Positions 52,172 to 64,000 of a DNA stretch of 64,000 bases are shown here, in pieces. A model generated the notes under the pieces. That model was given only the letters and a program-made list of their open reading frames with translations, was not told where the DNA came from and did no database searches. Every line of letters starts with the position of its first letter. Positions within the stretch are counted from its first letter, which is position 1. Source of the stretch: Rhizophagus irregularis (taxonomy: Eukaryota); the NCBI RefSeq assembly GCF_026210795.1, contig NC_089431.1, positions 4,216,001 through 4,280,000 on the forward strand. Direction: 5' to 3'. Position numbers and translations under genes: made by a program.

Positions 52172-54425
52172 AATTATTTATCTATAATGTGTTTGTTTAC
52201 TTTTGAATATATTAAAAGAAGCGGCTTCTATATATATACATTTTTGTAGTAAAAATGGTTTATTATTGAATAATGAATTCTTTACAAAATTAAAAAAATT
52301 CTATGTATAATTCCCGAATAGTAGAAGATTCTAATGTTTGAAACAAAATGGATCCTACATTGTTTAATTAATTGATTTTTTTAATGCTTAATATGACTAA
52401 ATCGATTTTATTTGTAATACATATCTGAAATTTCAATGACCGATGCTATTTTATAATTCTGGCCAAATTTTTAGTGCCGGCCAGAATCATATTTCACGTG
52501 ACATCGGACAAAAGTTTAGCCACTCGATTTGATGAAATTTTGTTTACATTAATGTTATACAAATTTATAATGGCGACTTTCAAGTTTCAACTAGAGTTTC
52601 ATTTTGGAATAATCCGAAATTGCCGAGTTTTGGAAACATGTATAATTTGTACTGTACGTTCCATCGCAGAATTCTTAGAATTTTCACAATATGACTTACA
52701 TTGTGCAACTCACAATATTAACGATCTTTACGAGAAAAATATAATTAAGCAATAAAATATTGATACTTAGCAAATTCTTTCATAAAGTAAGAAAACACTT
52801 AATCAAAGGTTCTTTGGAGGTCGAATAATTTAGAATTTAGTAAATAAACAGAGATATTTAATAGAGATTTTTATTAAAATATTTTAAAAGACCATATCAA
52901 TTAATTTCAAAATTTGAAAATTTTTATTAAAGTCTAGAAAAAGAAAATTTAGTGATTTAATCTAGTAATATTTTTTGAAATTTAAAAAAGGAATAATTTT
53001 TTCAAAACTAATTGATAAATTGATAAAATGATTAAAAATTTTGTTACATCAAATGTAGCTTTGTCTTTTAATCAAAAAGGAATTGTAGATGAGTAATATC
53101 TAATGAACAACTAGTAATTTTTTAATCGTCAATTACTTTTTTTTAAAAAAATAAAACGTACAGTATTTTATACATGAAATAAAATAAAGATATATTAAAA
53201 TTCTAAATATATTTAAAATTCTCTTTTATAACATAATATTTCAGGTAAAAAATTATTCTTATAAATTAATGCGTCAAGTTTCATTATTTTTCTTTTTTAT
53301 TTAATCGATAAAATTCAAGGAGTAATGATAATATAAATTATTTTATCAAAATTACTTAATTTCTAATATTTTTTAAAATTAAAAAAAAAAAATTATTTTG
53401 GTTTATAAATTAATTGGTTTATGCCGTGCAAAAAAAACCAAAAAAAAAAAATTAAAATTGTTGTCATTATACATTTATACTTTGTGTACATAACACTTCG
53501 GTAAACAAATATATTTTCGACGTTCCCGTATGAATGTAGAAAATTTTCAAAATTTTAAAGAGTAAATTGTACAGTATGTTATTGCGATCACCGAACGCTC
53601 TTATAGTTTGAGTAAAATAGTAGTTATCAAATATTAGCCGATTTACAAGATGATTTACCCAAATTGACATGATGCGCTGTCTTTATATAAATTTCAATAA
53701 CGGACTATATAAAACGTTGTCTAAATGATTAGTTTAGTCGTTGCGTAAAAATTTTATAAAATAAATAATCTATATTCAATTATTGATTGATAAATTCCGG
53801 AAAAATTCGGCGGAAATCACATTAAATCATTAAATCATTTAAAAAAGTTTAATACTATATCTGGTAATATCTATTGTATTGTTTATTTGATCAAATGACC
53901 CCATTTTAAGTTATTCCGTAGGAATTTTTAAAAAAGCATGTGCAAGCATGCGTTTTTTATGATCTGTATCACATAAATATTTAAGATGATTACTAATAAC
54001 TAACTTTTACAGGCATATGTTAAATGTTAAACAAACATCCAACCTAAATATAAAGAAAATATTCCTTTTTTGTTAAAATTAACTCACAATTTCCGCCCTT
54101 TTACTAATTTAACCGGTAATATACCGTACAACGCGCTTATTTTCGTTCGGCGAGATAACCACGTGATAAAACCACCATCAAGACTCGACTATGAAACGTA
54201 ATGTTTGTCGCTTTGCAGTTATTCGTGTATTTTATTTTTTATTATACAAAACTTAGGAAATATTTAATTTTGACTTGGTTATTTTATTAACATTTTTTTA
54301 TAATTTTTAATTTTTATAATTTTTTATAATTTTTCTTTTTCTATTTTTTTTTTAAAAAAAAAGGTATACGAAAATAAATATATTGAAAATAAAAATAGAT
54401 TTAAAAAATATTTAAACTTTTTCTT

Positions 54426-55962
54426 TTATAGTAACTTATTTTCTTTTATAATTTGAAATACTTCATATTCTTCTATGGAAAATCTATCCCCTGATTCTCT
54501 TATTGGAACTTCATAAGAAGATTTTTTACAATAATTATCATCATAATAATTTAAACCTGATAATGTAAGATCACCATCACCAAATGAAGGACCATGAATA
54601 AACCAATTATTTATAGCTTGCTTTTCATTTTTTACTCGACTTAAAATATGATTATCAATATTATCTTTATCCTTAAAAGAAAATATGAAATTATCTTTAG
54701 CGATATCTAACATTGAATCAGAATCCCAAGTAATTTGATTATACCCTCCAAGAATTTCATTATGATATTTCACTTTAATAATTGATACTGTATGAGGTAA
54801 ACAATCACAAATCTCATGAAATTTTTTAGGTGAAAATCCATCACGAGATCCACGTATTAATAATTTAAAATCGTAAGTATTATTTGTTATTAACTTATCC
54901 GTAATATCATATCTATCTATCCAACTTGATATTAATTCTGCATGTTGTGATGTGATTATTTTTGAATCAATACTTTTAATATTCTTTGAATTGATTTCTT
55001 TTGGTATATAAGATTTTGTTCCTTCACTTTTATTATTATTATTATTACTATTATTGGGATCTAAATAATATTTAATTAAATTTTTATGTAATTCTTTTGG
55101 TAAAACTTTCTTATAAGGTAATACTTTAACCAAGAATTCTTTAGAACTTAAATTATAGAATTTAATGAAAGGAATGAATTTCTCCAAGGTATCTCTTAAA
55201 ATGTTAAAATCTTCTTTTGAAAACTTTGTAGGATCTGAAGGAAGTTCGGGATTTTGTGCAAGTCCCCATTTAAGAACATGATCCCAAACTTCAATTTCGT
55301 TCATTGTAAGATTATCATTTTGAATTAAATTGATTAATAATTTTTCAGGAATTGAAAAGAAATTTGGTGTATGAAATATCTTATCTGGATCTTTAGATAT
55401 TGAATCTGTACAATATCTTTGTAATTCCAAGAAAGTTTCGTTCTTAAAACTTGTTTGATATACGAGATTAAAATTTTTTTCAACCCATGTTGATTTTTTT
55501 TTAATTAAATAAGATTGTATATAAGTGATTAATTCTCTAAGACTAAGTTCACCGGCAGCGACCAAGATTCTAACGACATCTGTAGTATCAAATTTTTCCA
55601 AAGATATTTTTCCACCATAAATATACCTAAAATAAAATAATTTAACGGTTAAAAATTTTTAATTAAATTAATTTTTAAAATTTCTTTATTTTTTTTTTTA
55701 TTTACCCCAAAATTATTTCAAAAATATTAGGTGAAATATTCGGTAATTTAATATGTACTAAACTTTCATCATTCTCCTTTTTATTGGTTGACAAGATTCT
55801 TCGGAGATAAGGGGATCGATAACTTAATATGACCATATGAGCACGAAAGATTTTTATATAGGGGTCATTTCCAACTTCGATAATAATATCGTTATATTGA
55901 TCATCATCTAAAATTTCAAGTAAATTTTGTGATAATTTTAATAAAAATTTATTTTCTACCAT
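54426..55962 (-). CDS. BTB/POZ-BACK-TLDc protein; exons 55962-55706 and 55626-54426
   Basis: BTB and BACK motifs with the same phase-2 intron. TLDc motifs FKLLIRGSRDGFSPKKFHEICD, ILGGYN, FIFSF, GPSFG, EYEVFQI. Confidence 0.93.
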
Positions 55963-57575
55963 TATTGTAATCAAAACAAGTTTTATCGTTGTTATTATTT
56001 ATTTATTTATTTATTTTTTAAAAAAAAAGAAAAGAAAAATTAAAAAATAAAATTTCCGAAAAAAAAAAATTTTTAAATGTTTCGACTTTATATAAATAAA
56101 CAGGTAAATGGGAAATCAGCTGAACAAGTTTATGTATTACAAATTTTTTTTTTTTGAACCAATGTAATTTGTTTGTACATCTTTTAAACAAACACCGGTT
56201 TTTCGGAAGATTAACGAAAATTTTTGCGCAGCATAAAATTTTTTGATAACCTAATTATGGTAATGAAATAATGAATTTTAATTTATTCAAAAAGAGTAAC
56301 TTTCGAAAGTAATAAATGATAGTGACACAAATATTAACGCATTCTTTACTCCGGAATAAAATTTTCATTTGTTTCAAGTATTTATGACGTTACTTTACTT
56401 ATTTATTTGTTTGTCGTACAACATAATTATTCTTTCTCTCCCCCTATTAATTATATTTGTTCACGGAGTCCTATATTAGGAGAGAAAATAGATTAAATGC
56501 AGAATTTGTTTGATAAATGTGAACTTGATTTATGTATAAAAAAGGTTCCAGACCCATAATTTATGCGCTATGATCCTATAACGTAAATAAAAGTTTTAAC
56601 TTAATGAATAATTTTAATCATTTTAAGTAAATTATTATCTGAATGTCTTAATCATTTTGACTCATGATAATAAATCATTATAATACTATTAATTATTATT
56701 TTTATTTTCATTACATTGTTTAATCTTCTAATTGAGCATTATCTTTTTTTGCTCGACGAAAATAATAAATATATAACGTTATTATTTAGTATTGCCGAAA
56801 TTTATGGTAATTCAGAAAAAATAAATTATGTAATTGTAATTTAATTACTTACGTTACGTTTTAAAAAAAGAAAAAAATTTCGTATGTAAATCATCAAATA
56901 TATGATGTACAGTATCTGGAATTTATGATTCTTCGGGATGAATTTAATCTTAAAAAATCGAATTAGCCAAATTTAACCTTAGAAATAATCATATTAAAAT
57001 GAATGAAATTTAAAACTTCGTCTCGACTTATTTTAATTCTTTATAAATTTCCTTTTATATAACATATCAGATATGTTGTAGGTGGAAACGGAATTCCGAA
57101 TCCACATATGTGGATACGGGATGTTGGCCAGAATTAAAGCATAGTGCCGGACTAGGATTTCGTAATGCTGGCCAAGATCCGATTTCCACCGATATTCAGA
57201 AACCACATACAACATATATCTATATACTATCTGATTGCACGCTCAGGTCAATAAGTTTCAAGTTTGTAGCATCCCTAAATGTAGGAAGTATTCAAAAGAT
57301 AATTTAGATTCGTAAGGAATAATAATTTACAATTTAATAATTTTAATTTAGCGTCAAATGAATCTTTACTTTCCAAAACAACATTTATTAAATGACGATA
57401 ATAAATTTATATATAAATATGAAATACTTTTTTATTTTGTTTTCCCGTCAAGGCGAATACTTGGATGAGTAACTTCCAATGCAAATCGTTTTTCATATAA
57501 AAAAAAAATTTGATTATATATATTACCATTATTGATGATAAATAATATACACTTTCCATAAACTTTTTGATAATT

Positions 57576-59369
57576 TTAGATATCAAAACCATATTCCTTG
57601 GTAATATATTCTGTAAACATGAATTAAGAAAATTAAGTTAGAATTTAATATTAAAAATTATTATAGTATATAATTATTTACCATGATTATTTTTTAAAGA
57701 TTCTATATCAATATCTAATTCGATTTCTTTTGTAAAAAATTTAAGTAAATTTTATTTAATCAAGTTTTGAAATTTGATATATTGTAAAAAAAAAAAAAAT
57801 TATTACCATTATTTTTATTTTCGAATAATTTTTTTCTTTTAATACTTTGACCTAAATAAATTTTAGTTGATAAATTTGATATCCTAAAATCTTTAGTATT
57901 ATAAATTACATTGATATCATACCATCATCATTATTATCTTCAAACTTTCTTTTGACTTTTTCTAAGTTAATTAAAGACATTGCAGAATTAATCATGCCAT
58001 TTAAAGGTCTACTCTTATAAATAGCACCTAAATGAATAGTTGTTACAGGTCCAATGTCTGATGATTCTATAATTTTAGTTGGATTATTGAGACCTTCCTT
58101 CCAATACATTTTATCAATTCTACTATATATATCATTGGCTGTTGGTCTTTTATTCGGATTAGAATCCCAACATTCTTTCATTAGTAATTCAATATACCCT
58201 TCGGGAGCATTTGTCACAATTGGTGGTCTTAATTCATCAAAGATTTCAATAATTAGCTTTGTATCATGATTTCGATCCCAAAAAGGTCTTCTACCTGTCA
58301 TAAACTCCCACATAATCATTCCAAAACTATATATATCTGAAGCTTTAGTATATTTTTGTCCTCGAAAAATCTCCGGTGCCATATAAGGAATAATACCATA
58401 ATTCTCATTATTATTTATAGATTCAGTTGCAGATTTACTTATTCCCAGATCACCTATATATGCATTATAAATATCTTCAAAAAAGATATTTCCACTGTGT
58501 AAATCTCTGTGAATAATTTCTAAACTATGGATATTAAAAAGTCCATTTGCGATTTGTTTTAAATTACCCAGCTTTTCAATCCAATTAATTTTATAAAAAT
58601 CATTACTTATATAACATATTAAGTCACCTTCTCTATAATATGGCATAATAATCATAAAATCTTGTGTATTTAAGTCTTGAGTAATACCAAAATAATTACT
58701 AATATAACTATAGTCCTGAGTTTCTTGGTAAGATATCTTTTTGCTTCTACGCTTAGCCCAATTATTATCAAACTGTGTTTTCCATTTTGTATAATAATTA
58801 TAAAATATCTTAAGCTAGGACAAAAAAGACTATGTTATTAATTATCTACAATTTATTAAACCAAATTATTTTAAAATATCATTGTATGTTACCTCATTTA
58901 GCTCCTTAGACGTGATATTTTTAGAATTATTTAGTTTTTTGAGAACAACTGTATAGTTAGGTTGATGAAACATGTTTTTCCGATTAACACACAAATCAAT
59001 TGGGCCATTAATCCAAGTTGCTTTGTAAATTTTACTAAATCCTCCCTCAGCAATAAATTCAATATTTTTGAATTGATCATAGGGAACAAACTCCATTTTT
59101 CCTTCCACTTTGATAAGATTAACTTGTGTATATTTGATAAAATTGTCAATAATTTTGTTTCCACTCGGTTTAAATAATTTCTTCATTTTATAACAAACGT
59201 GACAAATCTGGTGACTTTTGTCTAAAGGTTTCCTTCTTTTATTACATTCTTTACATTTCTCTTTTTTATACTTTGAATTAACTACTATGGTCTGCGTTGA
59301 CTGAAATGAAGATGTATCATTTGATATCAAAAAGTCAATTTTATATTTATAATTTGTTAATTGGTTCAT
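57576..59369 (-). CDS. Zn-ribbon/TKL-like protein kinase, copy 4
   Basis: Same motifs and intron positions as copies 2 and 3. The acceptor of the penultimate micro-exon (~57740) appears deleted. Last exon EYITKEYGFDI*. Confidence 0.88.
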
Positions 59370-60879
59370 AATTATTTTGTTTATTTTTATTGAATATATT
59401 ATTAAAAATAAACAGCTTTTACATGTATATCTGATATATATACTTTTTTGTAATAAATAGTTTATTTGTTAAACAATCAGTGAATTCTTTTATTGCGGCT
59501 AAAAAAATTCTATGTATTAATTCCCGATAGAAGTTTCTAATGTTTGAAAACAATATAAATCTTGCATTATTATGAAATTGCTTTTTTTAATGCTTAATAT
59601 GGTTAAAATTAATTTCTATCAGACGTTTCGATTTTTATTGTACGTTCCGATCGTTCTGTTGCAGAATTCTTGGGACTATCACAATGAAACTTGCATTGTG
59701 CAACGTTAAAGTTTCACAAACCTACACAATATTAACTGTCTTGAATACGAAAAAAAATCAATAAAAATATTGATACTATATAAATTCTTCAAGAAATACT
59801 TAATCCAAAGATTCTTTGGAGGTCGAATAATTTAGAATTTAATAAATAAACAGAGATGTTTTATTATATATATATATATATATATATATTGAGGAAAATC
59901 CCTATTTAAGATCATATATGATTAATGATTTTCAAATTTGAAGATTTTTATTGAAAATCTGGAAGAAAATTTAGTAATTTAATTTGATAATATTTTATGA
60001 GCTTTGTAAAGCAGGCAAAATACGCATACTATATGGTCTTTAAAAGTGTTACAATAGGTAAATAAAGGTTTGCACCAAAAATGTAAAAAAAAAATCGAAA
60101 ACAATAGAGAATTAGAAAATTTGGCAAATATCGCCAAAACGGGGAGCGACAACGAGTATGATTTTATTAAATTATTAGGGAGTATTATAAAAAGTCTGTT
60201 GAGCGTATTAGTGCAATGATGATGTGTATACATTACGGATTAACGGAGTTACGCCTGAAGGATAAAACAAGATAGCTTTAGCGAGCAAGGAAATAAACAT
60301 ATGATAGAAGTAAAAAAGCCAGTCTGTGTAACCCTTATACTGCAAAATATGTATTTTGGCAAATCAACTAACAATTCAGCAAGTTTTTCTGTATAAATTA
60401 TAACAAAGTTTATATACTTCTTTCGCTAAATGTAATTATCTTTATATGTAATTACAAATTTTCAAATAAAAACAAAGATTAATTGCAAATTACATTTACT
60501 TTTATGTGTAATATAAGCATTATGTGGGGAAAATCAGATCTCAGTTCTTCCAAATTTGTAAAAAATAATTTGAAGTATATTCGCACTATATTAGAAATTG
60601 TATAGATTAGTTTAATTATTTTTAATGGTTCCTTTCTATTTAATAAAGTAAGCTTTACCTATACTTACGCGTGTTTAAAATTGAATGTACATTATCAACT
60701 TATCAACCTTGTTTATCACAGTCTTTCTCAGTAAGATTATTAAGGCGGCCTTTAATGAAATGGACCTCTTTAATTAGTTCAATGTTTTGATTTACAATAT
60801 GATCTAGTTTCTAGATTTGAATGAAAATACTAAATTAGTGGTTTTACACTTATGAGATAATGATAATTAAAACTTCTTT

Positions 60880-62280
60880 TACCTACTGAATTGATTGGGA
60901 CTAACGATCTGTCGATCGAACTATTAACGAGTTTCCAGTTGCCGAGCACAGCAGCTCCGCCAAATGTAACGAGACCAGCGCTATTGCAAAAGGTTTTAAG
61001 TTTGTCAGAAGATAAAAATTCATGAGCCTTAGATGTAACTAATTTTTATATAGTAAAATTATGTTATTTATGTCCTTAACAAACTTACTAAAACATATTT
61101 TATTATTATTCTTACCATTATTATTATTGGAATATCTCCTGATGACAGTTTTCAACAAATTTACAAGTCTAAACATTATGTAATATTTATAAAATTTAAA
61201 AGATAGCTAAATATTATTTTGAAATTTACGTAAAATAAAGGTTCTAAATTTTTTTTTTTAAAAAAAATAGTTATATATATACCTATTTAGATAGACTCTT
61301 TGATGATGTGATGATGTAATCATTTTCCCCATGTACTGATAAATTACCTCATTTCATTCATTTGACTTATTTGACTAATATGGCTTGGTGCGATGATCTA
61401 CTTCGGAAAAAATAAATCACAGTAATGTGATGTAAGATTTACTTTAAGCCATCGTCCTATTTTCTCCGAGCATCAAAATTATTTCAGCTATATATAATAT
61501 GGACTCGTTTTAAAAAGAAACCAACCTATCGCAGTTTGAAAGAAGGGACGAGACACTTCTCAATTAAGGTATGAATGAATATACTTTTTTCGATCGTAGT
61601 TGTGCACGCTAGATGGCCTTCCTTATCAGAAATCAACTGCGGATTACAGAATTTATAGTCATTGTCGGAACGTGATGAAATAAGCTAATTGTGACCCCTA
61701 GGTCACGAACTCATAGTTGGACAACTTTTCTACTGCGTAATAATTTCTGATATTTTATGATTCGAGCTCTGCTCCTATAGGAAATACTCTCTACGAAAGA
61801 ACCAGTATGTATCATCCCATTATTTTTTCACACTCTTTCGTTAGTTTGGAAATGCCTGGCGAAAAAAATTCTGAAATTGTCTATTGAATAGATTAGTTAG
61901 TAATTTTATAAGTCTTTAGAGGAGCGTACTAGGGGCTTTAACTATTACGTGAATGTTTTCTTCAGGAATTCCTTCGGGGTTCGTCCAATATTTTACGGTT
62001 TATACATTGCAATTAATTCGTCTTCGCTCGAAGAGAAATTCCCTCCATTGAGTCATTTCTATGTATCAGGGTATTTACTTTCCGTAATTTAAGGTAGCTT
62101 GGTCCAAAATGAAAGTCATGATCTTTTTCTTTTTTTTATTAATCGTTTTAGTTCACTTAACGTTTCGTCTGTGTTGATTTTAATTGAGAAAATATTGTCA
62201 ACGTTTGGAGTTTTCCGTATTTCTGAACATTAGTAAACCCATCGTGGTCCAACCATATAAACATGAATTCAATAACACGT
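60880..62280 (-). pseudogene. Crinkler (CRN)-type gene remnant: N-terminal CRN domain followed by decayed exons
   Basis: 62205-61925 translates, with frameshifts, to VDNIFSIKINTDETLSELKRLIKK...SYLKLRKVN...IPEENIHVIVKAP. This matches CRN-N (LxLFLAK-equivalent LKLWKV, and HVLVxxP). Downstream sequence is stop-ridden; its extent is approximate. Confidence 0.7.
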
Positions 62281-63541
62281 GCACACGGGCACAATAACAT
62301 CATTAATTTCGTTATTCCACGTTGATTTTGCCAATATTTAGTGTTAGTAAAAAAACTCGATCACTTAACTTCCAATCTAGTCTAGGCATTCAGGAAGGTT
62401 TGACCAGAGCTCACTAGTTCTGGTATCACCAAAGGGGAATCCAAGAAATTTGAATTTATAGATAATGCATTATAGCAGTATTATAGCTTGCAATAATGAC
62501 TACTAGTAATAAATTGCAAGTATTTATGTAAGACAAATTTTCTTATTAATTAATCCTCTTTTTTGTATATACCACTCTTAGACTAGGTTATAGTGCCACT
62601 CTATAATCTACTGTACTCCAGCTATTTTATTAAGTCATTGCCATGTGACACTCTGAATAATGTTTAGAGTATCACGTGTTATTCGCAGGACTATTTAATT
62701 GTTTTCTGCTTTTTTAGAAACATTAAATTACTGTGGATTATCAACAAAGTGAACTATATCCTCGACTAAGACTAGTCAAATATTCGATGATATTGATAGC
62801 TGTTAATGATGATATAATTATATTGTATTTTTGTTGTCGCTCATTACCCTCTTCATCATTTACGAAAAATAGTGTTGTTAATAACCATCAAAATCTATAC
62901 GTAAAATAAAATAATAATATATCCTAAATTATTGAACTAATCCTAATCATTACATCATAATTACATAATTATTAATCAAGGGGTTGATGTAATCTACACG
63001 AAAATGCTGGATCGGTGAATCCTATTGTTGTCAACTGGGTTGTAAATATTATTTCGATTTGAAGTTTCGATTTAATTAAAAATTTTGATTTATTTGATTT
63101 ATTTCAATTTCTGTCAGAATTAAGGTTCAATTCAGTGGAATTAAGTGTTTATTTCTGTCTTGTAATCGATAAAATTCAAGGAGGAACGATAACTCATAAT
63201 ATAAATTATCGTCAAAATATTTAATTTTCTGATATTCTTCAAAATTCTAAAAAATTAATTGGTTTATGTTTAATTTATAAAAATATTTATGCCGTACAAA
63301 AAACAAAAAAATTCAGATTGTTATTATACTTAATGATCGAAAATCGAAAATACATTGTTTACGTAATATTTAATACTGTATTGTCATAAAGAGGGAAAAT
63401 TGGATTCCAACATTAAATACTGTAATATCGATTTTTAATTTTTCATACTTTTTTTTAAATACAAACTCTACTTTAGAAATACTAATAATACCATTATTTT
63501 AAATTATACAAAATTTAAATTTATACATATAATTCAAATAC

Positions 63542-64000
63542 CTTTCGTTAAATTGTCCTTCCCTTAAACTATTTTTTGCTTTATAGAAATTCTTCAGAAA
63601 TCATCAAAACTAGAACTTAGCTTTTCTTTCAATTGCTTTGGTAAGTTTTGGCTTATATACCAAATGCAATGTACGTGGAAAGACTGAAAAGTGTTTGGAA
63701 ATTGTATTGTTACTGCGGCATTAACCGCAGGATCACCATCAGTTACAAAACCTTTGGTGACACCACCAGTTGCTTCTTTTACACATTAAAAAACCCATTC
63801 ATAGGAAGTTGTGTTTCATCATCAACAATTGCTTGTGCTACAATTCGTGTCTTTAAATTATTGTCTGAAGTAACAAAGAGAGATAATGGGTGATTATACA
63901 GGTTGGTTTTTGTAAGTATTATCATGCATTATCACGTCATGATACAAAATCTGTTGCCCGGGACTCATCCAAAAAAAGATGGGTTAATGAAGGATCAAAT
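63542..64000 (-). pseudogene. MULE/FAR1-related transposase DDE domain, frameshifted, truncated by the window edge
   Basis: Minus strand gives FWMSPGQQ..HDVIMHDNTY[K]TNLYNHPLSLFVTSDNNLKTRIVAQAIVDDET..YEWVF..PKVFVTDGDPAVNAAV..FP..HCIWYISQNL, with several frameshifts. Confidence 0.88.

Noticed and set aside
7997..62680. Frequent (GT)CACGTG(AC) palindromes as a shared regulon or centromere-like element
   Set aside because: Many lie within MITEs or duplicated flanks; enrichment cannot be assessed without counting against background.

Overview
Very AT-rich, intron-rich eukaryotic DNA. The gene families present (BTB-BACK-TLDc adaptors, HRDLHSGN/DLG tyrosine-kinase-like kinases, Crinkler, FAR1/MULE, hAT) point to an arbuscular mycorrhizal fungus (Glomeromycota, Rhizophagus-like); this is inferred from gene content only. 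The window holds a decayed hAT transposon, five intact two- or four-exon BTB-BACK genes plus one BTB pseudogene, a frameshifted cytochrome P450, four paralogous Zn-ribbon kinases in duplicated cassettes, a Crinkler pseudogene, MULE remnants, two copies of an RT-less retroposed element and many MITE/Helitron-like inserts. The main observation is the BTB-BACK cluster, where one conserved putative Cullin3-adaptor chassis carries different C-terminal modules. These are: (1) a near-perfect ribosomal P-stalk C-terminal peptide (EEKEESNTDDEDMGFGLFD*), (2) an 18-aa phosphosite-rich tandem repeat, (3) a full otubain deubiquitinase domain with catalytic Cys replaced by Ser, visible only after splicing a 64-nt exon absent from the ORF track, and (4,5) TLDc. 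This looks like a bait/decoy-swapping ubiquitin-ligase adaptor system. A second candidate novelty is a covarying three-hairpin/pseudoknot RNA motif in the 3' UTR of both retroposed element copies. All calls are by eye; no searches were run, so novelty is unverified.
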